Shown piece by piece: positions 46,552 through 54,754 of a stretch of DNA of 54,754 nucleotides. The stretch spans positions 1-54,754 of IMG/VR virus record IMGVR_UViG_3300020202_000088. One strand, written 5' to 3'. This stretch comes from a virus. Taxonomy: Duplodnaviria; Caudoviricetes. The notes under the pieces were generated by a model that was not told the origin of the DNA, ran no database searches, and saw nothing but the letters and a program-made list of their open reading frames with translations. Every line of letters begins with the position of its first letter. Positions within the stretch are counted from its first letter, which is position 1. A program made the position numbers and the translations under genes.

Positions 46552-47348
46552 GCACGGGTCCACGCGTCCTTATCTATGACATCGAGACCGCGCCGATCAT
46601 GTCCTACGTCTGGGGCCTGTTCGACCAGAACGTCGGCCTGAACCAGATTCACAAGGACTGGCACCTGCTCAGCTGGAGCGCCAAGTGGCTTGGCGACCCT
46701 GCCAACAAGGTCATGTACATGGACCAGCGCGGGGCCAAGAACATTGAGGACGACCGCAAGCTCCTCGAAGGCATCTGGAAGCTGCTCGACGAGGCCGACG
46801 CAGTCATCACTCAGAACGGCAAGGAGTTCGACCACAAGAAGCTGCAGGCGCGCTTCGTGATCAACGGCATGCAGCCGCCCTCGAGCTACCAGCACATCGA
46901 CACGCTGAAGCTCGCGCGCAAGCACTTCGGCTTCACGAGCAACAAGCTCGAGTACATGACGGAGAAGCTCTGCAAGAAGTACAAGAAGCTCAAGAGCAAG
47001 TCCTACCCGGGCTTTGAGCTGTGGCGCGCATGCCTCGCGGGCGACCTCGACGCCTGGAAGGAGATGGAGCGCTACAACAAGCACGACGTGCTCGCGCTCG
47101 AGGAGCTGTATTACCGCCTGATCCCCTGGGACAACACGGTCAACTTCAACCTCTACGGCGAAGAGGGGATGCTCACGGTCTGCACCTGCGGCCCGGCTGC
47201 GACCTTCAAGCGCCAAGGCTTCGCCTACACCACGACGGGCAAATTCCAGCGCTACAAGTGCACGCGCTGCGGTTCCGAGACCCGCGGCCGCACGAACCTG
47301 CTCAGCAAGGAGCAGATTGCCAGTCTGCGCGTGGGGACCAAGCGATGA
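46548..47348 (+). CDS. RNase H-like (DEDD) exonuclease with zinc ribbon
   Basis: YDIET, QNGKEFD, YNKHDV, C-terminal CTC...CTRC. Confidence 0.85.
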   Translation: MSTGPRVLIYDIETAPIMSYVWGLFDQNVGLNQIHKDWHLLSWSAKWLGDPANKVMYMDQRGAKNIEDDRKLLEGIWKLLDEADAVITQNGKEFDHKKLQARFVINGMQPPSSYQHIDTLKLARKHFGFTSNKLEYMTEKLCKKYKKLKSKSYPGFELWRACLAGDLDAWKEMERYNKHDVLALEELYYRLIPWDNTVNFNLYGEEGMLTVCTCGPAATFKRQGFAYTTTGKFQRYKCTRCGSETRGRTNLLSKEQIASLRVGTKR

Positions 47349-47620
47349 TGACCACAATTCTAGCGGTGCTGGGGACTGCCCTCGCCGCAATCTGGGCCCT
47401 GTTCACCAAGAACCGGCAGCTTGCGCAAACCCTGGCCCGCAAAGAGAGCGAGGAGGGACTGAAGGATGCCAAGCGCAACTTGGACAATGCTGCAGCGGAC
47501 GCTGATCGCGCTGTTGCTGATTATCACGTTGCTAGGGACGAGTACCTGCAGAGCCGCGGACTGCGACAAGGTGATCGAGACGTGCGACCGGGCCCTGGCG
47601 GCGAAGGACAAGCAGATTAG
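47345..47620 (+). CDS. N-terminal TM coiled-coil protein (i-spanin-like)
   Basis: MMTTILAVLGTALAAIWALF followed by coiled coil; overlaps the next ORF. Confidence 0.45.
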   Translation: MMTTILAVLGTALAAIWALFTKNRQLAQTLARKESEEGLKDAKRNLDNAAADADRAVADYHVARDEYLQSRGLRQGDRDVRPGPGGEGQAD

Positions 47621-47786
47621 GCTCTGCGACCTGGCTCTCGCCCAGTCGATCGAGCGCGGCGGACAGCTCACCTTCGAGCTGCGTCAGAAGGATGAGCAAC
47701 TTTCGGCCTGGTATCGCAACCCGTTCACCATGGCCACAATCGGCGTACTGCTGGGGATCGTCGCCACCGGCATCGCCTTGAAATGA
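47487..47786 (+). CDS. Secreted coiled-coil protein with C-terminal TM (spanin-like partner)
   Basis: Signal peptide, cysteines and a C-terminal hydrophobic helix; starts inside the previous ORF. Confidence 0.4.
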   Translation: MLQRTLIALLLIITLLGTSTCRAADCDKVIETCDRALAAKDKQIRLCDLALAQSIERGGQLTFELRQKDEQLSAWYRNPFTMATIGVLLGIVATGIALK

Positions 47787-47792
47787 GGTAGT

Positions 47793-48506
47793 ATGAAGTT
47801 CGCGATTTACGGATGTGCCTTGATGGCTCTGGTGCTCACGGGCATCTCGTGCGGCGTGCCGCTCAGCGAGGGCGCCCTGTACCAGAAAGTGCGCTCCCAG
47901 ACCCTGATGCTCCTGAACCCCGACAACCACGGCTCCGGCGGGACGGGCTTCGTGGTCGTAACCCCCACGGGTAACCGCTTCACGCTCACCAACGCTCACG
48001 TCTGTCGCGTGACCAAGCGCAGCTGGCTCGACGCCAAGCGGGGCGACGCCTTCATGCGCCTGCACGTGGTCATGATCGCCGACGGCATCGACCTGTGCCT
48101 GCTCGACGCGTGGCCGGGGCTCGAGGGCTTGCCGGTGGCGCAGAATAGCAAGATGTTGGAGATGGTGTTCATCGTAGGGCACCCTCTCCTGCGTCCTGCT
48201 CTCATGAGCCGCGGCTACTACATCGACCGGGGAGAGGTGGAGATCTACGACAACGGCTACACCGAGGCCGAGTGCACGGGGCCCGGGAAGGCGTGGAAGA
48301 ACATCATCACGCTGTTCGGCCCGGTGGGCCTCTGCGCATTCACCTACGACGCGGGCATGACGGATGCGACGATCCGCCCTGGAAACAGCGGCAGCCCAGT
48401 CACGAACGCGAATGGCGAGGTCGTGGGCGTCGTCTTCGCGGGCGACGGCGTAGTCGGCATCTTCGTGCCGCTCGACCTGCTGCAGAAGTTCCTGGCGGGC
48501 TTCTAG
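47793..48506 (+). CDS. Trypsin-like serine protease, exported
   Basis: Catalytic triad TNAHVC, DLCLL, GNSGSP; N-terminal signal ending GISC. Confidence 0.88.
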   Translation: MKFAIYGCALMALVLTGISCGVPLSEGALYQKVRSQTLMLLNPDNHGSGGTGFVVVTPTGNRFTLTNAHVCRVTKRSWLDAKRGDAFMRLHVVMIADGIDLCLLDAWPGLEGLPVAQNSKMLEMVFIVGHPLLRPALMSRGYYIDRGEVEIYDNGYTEAECTGPGKAWKNIITLFGPVGLCAFTYDAGMTDATIRPGNSGSPVTNANGEVVGVVFAGDGVVGIFVPLDLLQKFLAGF

Positions 48507-48751
48507 CCCTTCAAGATCGCGACTACAAAGGCAGCAACGGCAAGGAGGCCGCTGCTCCCCATCACTAGAACGTAGAGCCTCTGGCGGAACTGAAGGTCCG
48601 ACTCCAGGGGCTTTACTCTTTCCTCCAGCATGGTGGAGCGTTTGTGGTGCTCCACGAGAACGTGATTGTGGACAGCGCCCTGGCGCACCAGCTCCATTGT
48701 TAGGGACTTAATCTCTTTTACTTCGGTGAGGACGGCTTCCATACGGTCCAT
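48503..48751 (-). CDS. Coiled-coil plus C-terminal TM protein (holin/XhlA-like)
   Basis: 82 aa; last gene of the virion operon. Confidence 0.45.
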   Translation of the reverse strand: MDRMEAVLTEVKEIKSLTMELVRQGAVHNHVLVEHHKRSTMLEERVKPLESDLQFRQRLYVLVMGSSGLLAVAAFVVAILKG

Positions 48752-48754
48752 GAG

Positions 48755-49864
48755 TCACTTTTTCTTTTTGTCTTTCTTAGGTGCGTCGTTGTCGAGTGAT
48801 TCTGCGATGGCGAGACGGGCCGCGAGGGGAGTGGCGCCGCTGATAGCTTTGCCGCCGGAGCTAAGCGCCTTGGCGAGGCTGGACTGGGCGAGTGGGGACC
48901 GCGCGATGTGCGTGAGGGCCGCGCCTTTGGCGGCGCCTTCGTGCCCACCCAGTGCGTAGCCAATGCCTGCACCGGCGGCATCCGGGAGCAGGCGAACCAT
49001 GTTCTGGCTGATGCTGGGCTTCGCGTCCATGGAACCCTTTGCACGCAGCAGCGCCGAGAGCTTTGAGTTGGCCTCTTCGACGATGTTCGGATCCGTCGGG
49101 AAGGTTTCGCCGTACGCGTCCTTCAGGGCCTGGCTGTAGCCGGCCTGCTCGGTCTGGGCTGCCTTGCTGCTCAGGCGCTCTAAAGGCTCGCTCTTGTTGT
49201 AGCCCTTGCTGCCTGCGATGCGGCTATACTCCAGCGCCTCTTGGGGTGCCACCTTGCCGCGGAAGCCAACGTCCACCGCGCGGTCGCTCAGCATCTTGTG
49301 CTCGGCAGCCACTGCAGCAGGCACGTCCCCGGAAGAGGTCTGGAACTTGCCCGCCATCTCGTCCAGGCGATCGGCAATAGGCATGCTGTCGATCTCGGCG
49401 CCGGCCTTCTGGAGCTGTTCCACACCCGTGTTCAGCTGCTGGCCTCGCGAGTCGATCTGCTTCCCGACTTGCTTCTGCATGCCTCGCTTGGTGCCCCAAA
49501 CGCCCTCATCTAGGAGCGTGTCGCCCACGCCTGCGGTATACTTCTTCAGGCCGACGGCCTTCTGCGCCAGGTAGTCCGGCACTTTGGACAGGCCCGTAGC
49601 CTTGCCGAGCCAGGAGGCGAGCTTCTCGGCGCCGCGCATGGGTGCAGCGGAGGCGACAGCCGCAAGTGCGTCGTCCGCATCGCTTTGTTTGATCAAGTTG
49701 CCTTCGCGGGCCTGCTTTTTCCAATCAGCAACGCTCTCGGAGGGTGCCGCCGGACTTTCGGCGACAGGGGCTGGGTCAGCGGTCGAACCTCCAGCACGAG
49801 CTTGCAGCTCCTGCAGGCGTTTCAACTTCCGCAGACGCTCCAGTTCAGCGCGAGGGTCCGACAT
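48755..49864 (-). CDS. Internal virion / ejection protein
   Basis: Ala/Gly-rich helical protein with GAGIGYALGG; lies at the end of the podovirus tail module. Confidence 0.6.
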   Translation of the reverse strand: MSDPRAELERLRKLKRLQELQARAGGSTADPAPVAESPAAPSESVADWKKQAREGNLIKQSDADDALAAVASAAPMRGAEKLASWLGKATGLSKVPDYLAQKAVGLKKYTAGVGDTLLDEGVWGTKRGMQKQVGKQIDSRGQQLNTGVEQLQKAGAEIDSMPIADRLDEMAGKFQTSSGDVPAAVAAEHKMLSDRAVDVGFRGKVAPQEALEYSRIAGSKGYNKSEPLERLSSKAAQTEQAGYSQALKDAYGETFPTDPNIVEEANSKLSALLRAKGSMDAKPSISQNMVRLLPDAAGAGIGYALGGHEGAAKGAALTHIARSPLAQSSLAKALSSGGKAISGATPLAARLAIAESLDNDAPKKDKKKK

Positions 49865-50760
49865 TATTGTCCCAGCTCTTTCTTAAGGGCGTCTAGCTCA
49901 GCCTGCTCCTCAGGAGACAGGCCGCTGGAGGGTTTCTCGGCGGGGGGTTTGCCGAGTAGGTCGCTCAGACCCTTGATGCCTCGACGGCCACTGTAGCGTT
50001 GGATAGCGCGCGGATCGGTGCCACCTTCGATGTTGTGCACGGACTCCTCAGCAGCTTCACGCATCATTTGCATGCCACGCTTGACCATGTCAGGAGTGCC
50101 TCCGGCCTGCATGCCCTTCTCGGCCATCTGGCGGCCAGCTTCGTGCTTGGACTGGGCTGCGCCGGCGAACTTGCGCACGTCGATGTTCATCAGGCGAGAT
50201 AGTTCTTGGTACTCGTCTCCTGCGCCCTCCCATTCCTTCCAACCCATAGCCTTGCCGATAGCACCCTTCATGTTCGCTGCGGGACCTTGCAGTAGGGAGG
50301 GGAGCATGTTGAGCGCAGGGGTGACCGACTTACCGCCTTGCCACGCCTTCTCCGCGCCCTTCAAGGCAGGGGCAATTTGGTTGATGCCCGCCTTATCGAT
50401 GTCATCCGCCAGCGCGCCGGTGCGCCGCTCGATGCGGTCGTCGATGCCGAACATGCGAGCTGAGTAATCAGGTGTGCCGCCGATAGATACTCCGCCGGTG
50501 CCCGAAGCGGACACGGGGCGGTTGCCATAACGCTGCGCAAGCTCTTCCGCCATCTTCCGGCTGCGATCTGACTCGCGGGCGCCTTGCGCCTCGACTTCAG
50601 CCAGCTTCGCCAGCTCGTGAGCCTGTTGCGCCTTAGCCTGCTCAGCTTTGGCCTTCAGCTCGTCTGCCTGAATGGCGCTTTGGCCGCCAATCTGCATGCC
50701 CTGTTGCATGCCTTTCAGAAGGGCTTCGAGTTTTCCAGGATTTGGTCTGTAGTCTGCCAT
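49864..50760 (-). CDS. Internal virion / ejection protein
   Basis: Q/G/M-rich N-terminus, helical; middle gene of three coupled genes. Confidence 0.6.
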   Translation of the reverse strand: MADYRPNPGKLEALLKGMQQGMQIGGQSAIQADELKAKAEQAKAQQAHELAKLAEVEAQGARESDRSRKMAEELAQRYGNRPVSASGTGGVSIGGTPDYSARMFGIDDRIERRTGALADDIDKAGINQIAPALKGAEKAWQGGKSVTPALNMLPSLLQGPAANMKGAIGKAMGWKEWEGAGDEYQELSRLMNIDVRKFAGAAQSKHEAGRQMAEKGMQAGGTPDMVKRGMQMMREAAEESVHNIEGGTDPRAIQRYSGRRGIKGLSDLLGKPPAEKPSSGLSPEEQAELDALKKELGQ

Positions 50761-50762
50761 AA

Positions 50763-52061
50763 TCAGCTCGGGGTTCCCATGCCAGCGGTCGCCGGGAGCG
50801 CGACCTGTGCCTGGCCTTCAGTTAGTCGTTTCTTCTGCTGCGGGTCCATGAAGCTCGTGCCCGCGTTCTTGCCCATCGTGGCGCCCAGGCCGCCGCCATA
50901 GCCGCCAATGAAGCTGCCGATGCCGCCGGCAAGCGCGTTCTCGAACAGGCTGCCCTGCTTGGTCTGCTGCTGTTGTTCAAACGCCGAGTTGGCCGCGTCT
51001 TGTGCCATCTGCTGCTGCCGCTGGTCGGCGCCGATGATATCCATCTGCTGGCCGTGGGCCTGGTTCTGCGCGCCTAGCTGCCGGTTGTACTGGTTAGCGA
51101 TTGCGTCCTGTCCCAGTTGTCCCATGCCACGCATGTGCGTCTGGGTCTGCCCGAGGAGCTGACTGTTGAGGTTCGCTCGTTGGGTCAGCATCTCCTTCGC
51201 CGTGTTCACGCGATCGGCGACGATCTTGCGTTGCGCGTTCGCGAGCTGCTCGTACTTATTGCCTTGGAGGCCAGAGAACGCCTGCATGGCCGCACCTGAA
51301 GGGGCCGCCCCCAGGCCGCGATCGGCGAGCGCTTGCGCGAGCGATGCTTCTTGCCCGCCGAACATACGTGCTAGATCGTCTTTCGCTTGCCCATAAGCCT
51401 GGAAGTCGTCGTCGGTGAGCTTCCAGTAGTCGCCCTTGCCTGACAGTGCCTCGCGGTCCGCGTCAGCATTCGCGTAGTACTTGGACTCCTGATCTGCAGC
51501 GCGGTTATAGCTCTCGACACCTTTGTTGAAGAAGGGGTCATCCTTCTGCAACTTCTCGACGGCGTACTTCGTGGCCGTCGTCGGGTCCACGGCCATCAAG
51601 GTCTCGATCTCGTGCGCGCGGTCGTCGTAGGTGTTGCCTTGGGCGCCCGCCATGATGTTCTGGTGTTCGGCCAGGATATCGGCGGCCGACTTGCCTTCGT
51701 TCTTCCACGTGTTGATCAGCGACTCGCCGAACTTGTCACGCAGCAGGCTTCCGTCCTTCAGGCGCGTGTTGTCGAACAGCGCATTACCCTTCAGGCTCGG
51801 GTCACCCTGGATTTGGCCGAAGATGTCGGCCACCGACTTGCCCCAGTCGTAAGACTTCTGGTCCTTGACGTACTTGTCGTTTTTGAGCGAGGCCAGGGCA
51901 TCAGCTAGACTCGACTGCCCGCTGCTGTAAGCTGACAGCGCTTGCTGCACGGCAGGGCTGCTACCAATTGAGGCCCGGAGCTTCTGCTGCTTGAGCAGGT
52001 CGCTCTCTGAGATCTGGTTCTGGGCGGCTTGGCCCTCTTTTTTGCCAAAAATAAAGTCCAT
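50763..52061 (-). CDS. Ejection/pilot-type internal virion protein (helper copy)
   Basis: Q/A/N-rich coiled coil ending in a glycine-zipper segment (LAGGIGSFIGGYGGGLG); follows the GNAT gene as in P22/T7-like tail modules. Confidence 0.65.
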   Translation of the reverse strand: MDFIFGKKEGQAAQNQISESDLLKQQKLRASIGSSPAVQQALSAYSSGQSSLADALASLKNDKYVKDQKSYDWGKSVADIFGQIQGDPSLKGNALFDNTRLKDGSLLRDKFGESLINTWKNEGKSAADILAEHQNIMAGAQGNTYDDRAHEIETLMAVDPTTATKYAVEKLQKDDPFFNKGVESYNRAADQESKYYANADADREALSGKGDYWKLTDDDFQAYGQAKDDLARMFGGQEASLAQALADRGLGAAPSGAAMQAFSGLQGNKYEQLANAQRKIVADRVNTAKEMLTQRANLNSQLLGQTQTHMRGMGQLGQDAIANQYNRQLGAQNQAHGQQMDIIGADQRQQQMAQDAANSAFEQQQQTKQGSLFENALAGGIGSFIGGYGGGLGATMGKNAGTSFMDPQQKKRLTEGQAQVALPATAGMGTPS

Positions 52062-52510
52062 TAGTGCTCCAGTGAGGCGATTTCATGAAGCGCCTTGGGG
52101 ACGCTTGCGTAAACGTAGGTGCATGGCACGGGATCCGAGGCCATTCCGATCTTGAGGGCATTGACGGCGGAGGCGTCATGGCTCGCGCCTTCGCGGATTG
52201 CGCCGAAGACATAAGTCGCGCCCTGCCGGGCAGCTTCCTGCATCACGCGCTTGCCGAGCGCTGCTCCAACGCCCTTACCGCGCCAATCCGGGTGCACGCA
52301 GAAGCAGGCGATGTAGCCCGTAGTGTTCTTGGCCATGAGGCCGCACCAGATGAAGCCGGCGAGCGAGCCATCGGTGCCCCGGGCGACAAGCGCAATATCT
52401 CGCTTATTCAGGTGCTCAGGGCCGATGGGGTGTCCGCTGTGCTCTTTCAGGAGTTGCTGGATGGCGGCCAGGTCAGAGCTGATTGCACGCCTGATAATCA
52501 TCCGTTCCAC
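52061..52510 (-). CDS. GNAT acetyltransferase
   Basis: FCVHPDWRGKGVGAAL motif A. Confidence 0.88.
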   Translation of the reverse strand: MERMIIRRAISSDLAAIQQLLKEHSGHPIGPEHLNKRDIALVARGTDGSLAGFIWCGLMAKNTTGYIACFCVHPDWRGKGVGAALGKRVMQEAARQGATYVFGAIREGASHDASAVNALKIGMASDPVPCTYVYASVPKALHEIASLEH

Positions 52511-53688
52511 CCCGAGATTGGTAGCGTGAAGCGGTAGGCCAGGGTCTCTGAGGCGCCGATATCCGCGCCTGTAACGTAGGTCGTCTGCCCGTCCTCCACG
52601 AAATTGACAGTGCTGGTACTCGCGTCATAAACCACACCGTGCACTTGGTAAAATCCGACGTCTGTCCAGCCGAACCCGATCGCGTTTCGATAACCACCGC
52701 TGGTTGGGAGCTTCGCCGTATCCACGCTGTAGCTATTGGGAAGGGTGACCGAGACTGCGCTCGCGCCGGAACCTGGAGTAGCGTCCTTAAGGAAGTAGCC
52801 ATAGACCTCGATAGAATCACCTACGCGGCGCCAGAAGGCGGCGTTAGCTGACGTGCTTCCCGCGCCCAAGTTGCCTACGGTGGGAGTATAGGAGGTCCAT
52901 TTCTGGGGGTAAGTGAAATCTACTAACTGCCAGTTGGAGCCGTCCGAGACGATCGTGATCTCCTCGTACTGGGTGTTTAGCGTACGGGAAGTTGAAACGC
53001 CGTCGATGGTCTGTGTGCCGCTCGGGTCTACGGTGACCGCGTTACTGCTGGAGTCGGTCTTCTTGATGCGAAAGACTTTGCCGGAGTTGCCCGAGGCTGT
53101 GGGAAGGTCGACTTCAACGGCGCCTCCGCTGGCTGAAACCAGCACAACGTCGGTACTGGTCGAAAGTGCATAGGGAGTGTTCGCTACCGTGATGCTCGCA
53201 ACCGAGAGGTTCGCGGCTGCAGACGCCCAGCTTACTGCGCTACCGTTTGTAGTCAGATATAAGCCCGCGTTCCCGGTCTGTGAAGGCACAAGCGCATTGA
53301 TGGCTGCGCTCGCCGTCGTCTGCCCCGTACCTCCGTTCGCGACAGGTAGCGTGCCGCTGACGTCACTCGCAAGGGCCACGTTTCCGGCGGAGAACGTGCC
53401 AGAAGACACTTTGACCACGCCACTCGACGCGCTCATGTTCTGGCCTGTGCCCCCGCGGGAGGCTGCAAGCTGCGCTTCGCTAGTCAGAACGCCAGAGCCG
53501 TCATTCACGACGACGTGGGAGGCTGTACCAGACGCGATCTTCGTGCGAGCGATTGCCGCAGAGGCCGATAGATTGGCATTGTCGAGGCCGCCGTTCAGTA
53601 CGTTGTAGATTGCCGTGAAGTTAGCGTTCACAGTGGCGGAGCGGATCTTCGTGTACGCCGTAAAGGAAGTAAGTGAAGGTAAGCTCAT
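52498..53688 (-). CDS. Second tail fibre / spike protein
   Basis: SATVNANF N-terminus, GTLPVANGGTG repeats, LPTASGNSGKVFRIKK, gp53-like C-terminus. Confidence 0.75.
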   Translation of the reverse strand: MSLPSLTSFTAYTKIRSATVNANFTAIYNVLNGGLDNANLSASAAIARTKIASGTASHVVVNDGSGVLTSEAQLAASRGGTGQNMSASSGVVKVSSGTFSAGNVALASDVSGTLPVANGGTGQTTASAAINALVPSQTGNAGLYLTTNGSAVSWASAAANLSVASITVANTPYALSTSTDVVLVSASGGAVEVDLPTASGNSGKVFRIKKTDSSSNAVTVDPSGTQTIDGVSTSRTLNTQYEEITIVSDGSNWQLVDFTYPQKWTSYTPTVGNLGAGSTSANAAFWRRVGDSIEVYGYFLKDATPGSGASAVSVTLPNSYSVDTAKLPTSGGYRNAIGFGWTDVGFYQVHGVVYDASTSTVNFVEDGQTTYVTGADIGASETLAYRFTLPISGWNG

Positions 53689-53703
53689 AAGTCCTAGGTT
53701 GGG

Positions 53704-54027
53704 TTATTGACCCGTGATCAGGTCGGAGAAGTTAGCGGAGGCTTGGTTAGGCACGGTGACCGTGTATTCCTGGCGGCGGAATTCGGTGCCTCCTGTAGGG
53801 TATTCGATGACTATAGTGAGCGTCTTGGAGACTGTAGCTGTCTCGACGAGGGTGAGCGCCCAGTCGCCGCTCGAGTCGGTAGTCGTGGAGACCTGGTAGG
53901 CGGCGATAAGCGTGCCATCGGCGTGCGTGAAGGGCCGCGTGGGGTACGCCTTGACGGTCACGTCTTCTAGGGCCTGGTTGTCGGGGGTCTTGATGTTCCC
54001 CGAGATGGTGCAGCTGGTGATAGCCAT
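53704..54027 (-). CDS. Small beta-sandwich virion protein
   Basis: 107 aa with TTTDSSGDWALTL; lies between nozzle and fibre genes. Confidence 0.55.
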   Translation of the reverse strand: MAITSCTISGNIKTPDNQALEDVTVKAYPTRPFTHADGTLIAAYQVSTTTDSSGDWALTLVETATVSKTLTIVIEYPTGGTEFRRQEYTVTVPNQASANFSDLITGQ

Positions 54028-54754
54028 TACTTGCGCACGCCTCCGACGCTATAAATGATGGTGAAGCCCGCGATGGTGACCGGGGCGTTTAGGTCCGAGT
54101 TCGAGAACTTGAGCTTGATGCAGTCGCCCTCGGTGCCCCGCTGCCCCTGCAGGTTGAAGACGAGGGGGCTGTAGGACGCGACCGCGCTGTCCCAGTAGGC
54201 GGCGTCGTAGGAGGACAGGTCGTAGAGGCTCGAGGAGATGGCCTGCGAGACGGGGAGGCTCATGCTCGAGGAGTCCTCCGTGCCACCCTGGTACTTCATC
54301 CACCAGTCGAGCCGCAGGTCGCCGTCCGAGCTGTCGGCCACCCAGGCGATGACCTTGTGGATCCGCTTGGTGACGCCCTTGGCGCCGAGATCGGCGTACT
54401 TGGATTCGTAGGCAAAATCGACGCCCGCGTCGCTGTCGTTGAAGCTGTTGAAGAGCTTGTAGCAGTAGCCCGCGTCGTCGCCGGCCAGGAACACTTCCTC
54501 GCCGCTCACCTTCATAGTGCTGCCTGCGTAGAGGGCAAACGGCAGGGAGTCTTGCAGGAAGACGCCGTCCATTTCGCGCTCGCCGATGCCGCCCGACTCT
54601 TTGCCGAGCGTAAGCTTCAGGTCGAGCTTCAGGCAGAACTTGTTGTCACCGTGCACGAGGTGCGAGAGCACCCAGACGATAGTCTGCGTGCGGCGGTTGA
54701 AGGCGCCCCATGCGTAGTCAATCTTCGACTTGTCGATGTCCCCATCAGTCTCGA
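54027..54754 (-). CDS. Tail nozzle protein, C-terminal part (continuation of 1..1422)
   Basis: In frame with the ORF starting at 1422 across the circular overlap. Confidence 0.65.
   Translation of the reverse strand, partial: ETDGDIDKSKIDYAWGAFNRRTQTIVWVLSHLVHGDNKFCLKLDLKLTLGKESGGIGEREMDGVFLQDSLPFALYAGSTMKVSGEEVFLAGDDAGYCYKLFNSFNDSDAGVDFAYESKYADLGAKGVTKRIHKVIAWVADSSDGDLRLDWWMKYQGGTEDSSSMSLPVSQAISSSLYDLSSYDAAYWDSAVASYSPLVFNLQGQRGTEGDCIKLKFSNSDLNAPVTIAGFTIIYSVGGVRK
54627..54754. repeat. Terminal direct repeat, copy 2
   Basis: Matches bases 1-128 at 127 of 128 positions. Confidence 0.97.

Noticed and set aside
29080-52061. Diversity-generating retroelement explaining the duplicated genes
   Set aside because: There is no reverse transcriptase, and the differences span whole ORFs and are not adenine-specific.

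Overview
The window is a complete circular sequence: bases 1-128 recur at 54627-54754 with one mismatch, giving a 54,626 bp unit. It contains two separable elements. (1) A ~43.7 kb temperate podovirus-like phage with TerL, portal, scaffold, capsid, adaptor, nozzle, fibres, three ejection-type proteins, a PolA/helicase/primase/Rad52-like replication module and a tyrosine integrase with a tmRNA-like attP. (2) A 10,912 bp satellite-like element bounded by two copies of one lipoprotein gene (24768 and 35680). It has its own integrase, xis, tRNA-Val(GAC) attP, Rep-like protein, serine resolvase and KAP NTPase. The satellite has no recognisable capsid or terminase genes. It does carry a close homologue of a helper ejection-type protein and a 34/38 bp copy of a non-coding helper motif that may be the packaging signal, and it is almost exactly one quarter of the helper length. 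This suggests a possibly undescribed type of satellite packaged as concatemers; the single-contig fusion may be a real cointegrate or an assembly join. The helper also has about 12 dispersed GTGTAATACAC palindromes (some inside genes), a duplicated candidate late promoter, two glycosyltransferases, a methyltransferase, an orphan response regulator and a candidate type I toxin. All protein calls come from motifs and synteny read by eye; no database searches were run.
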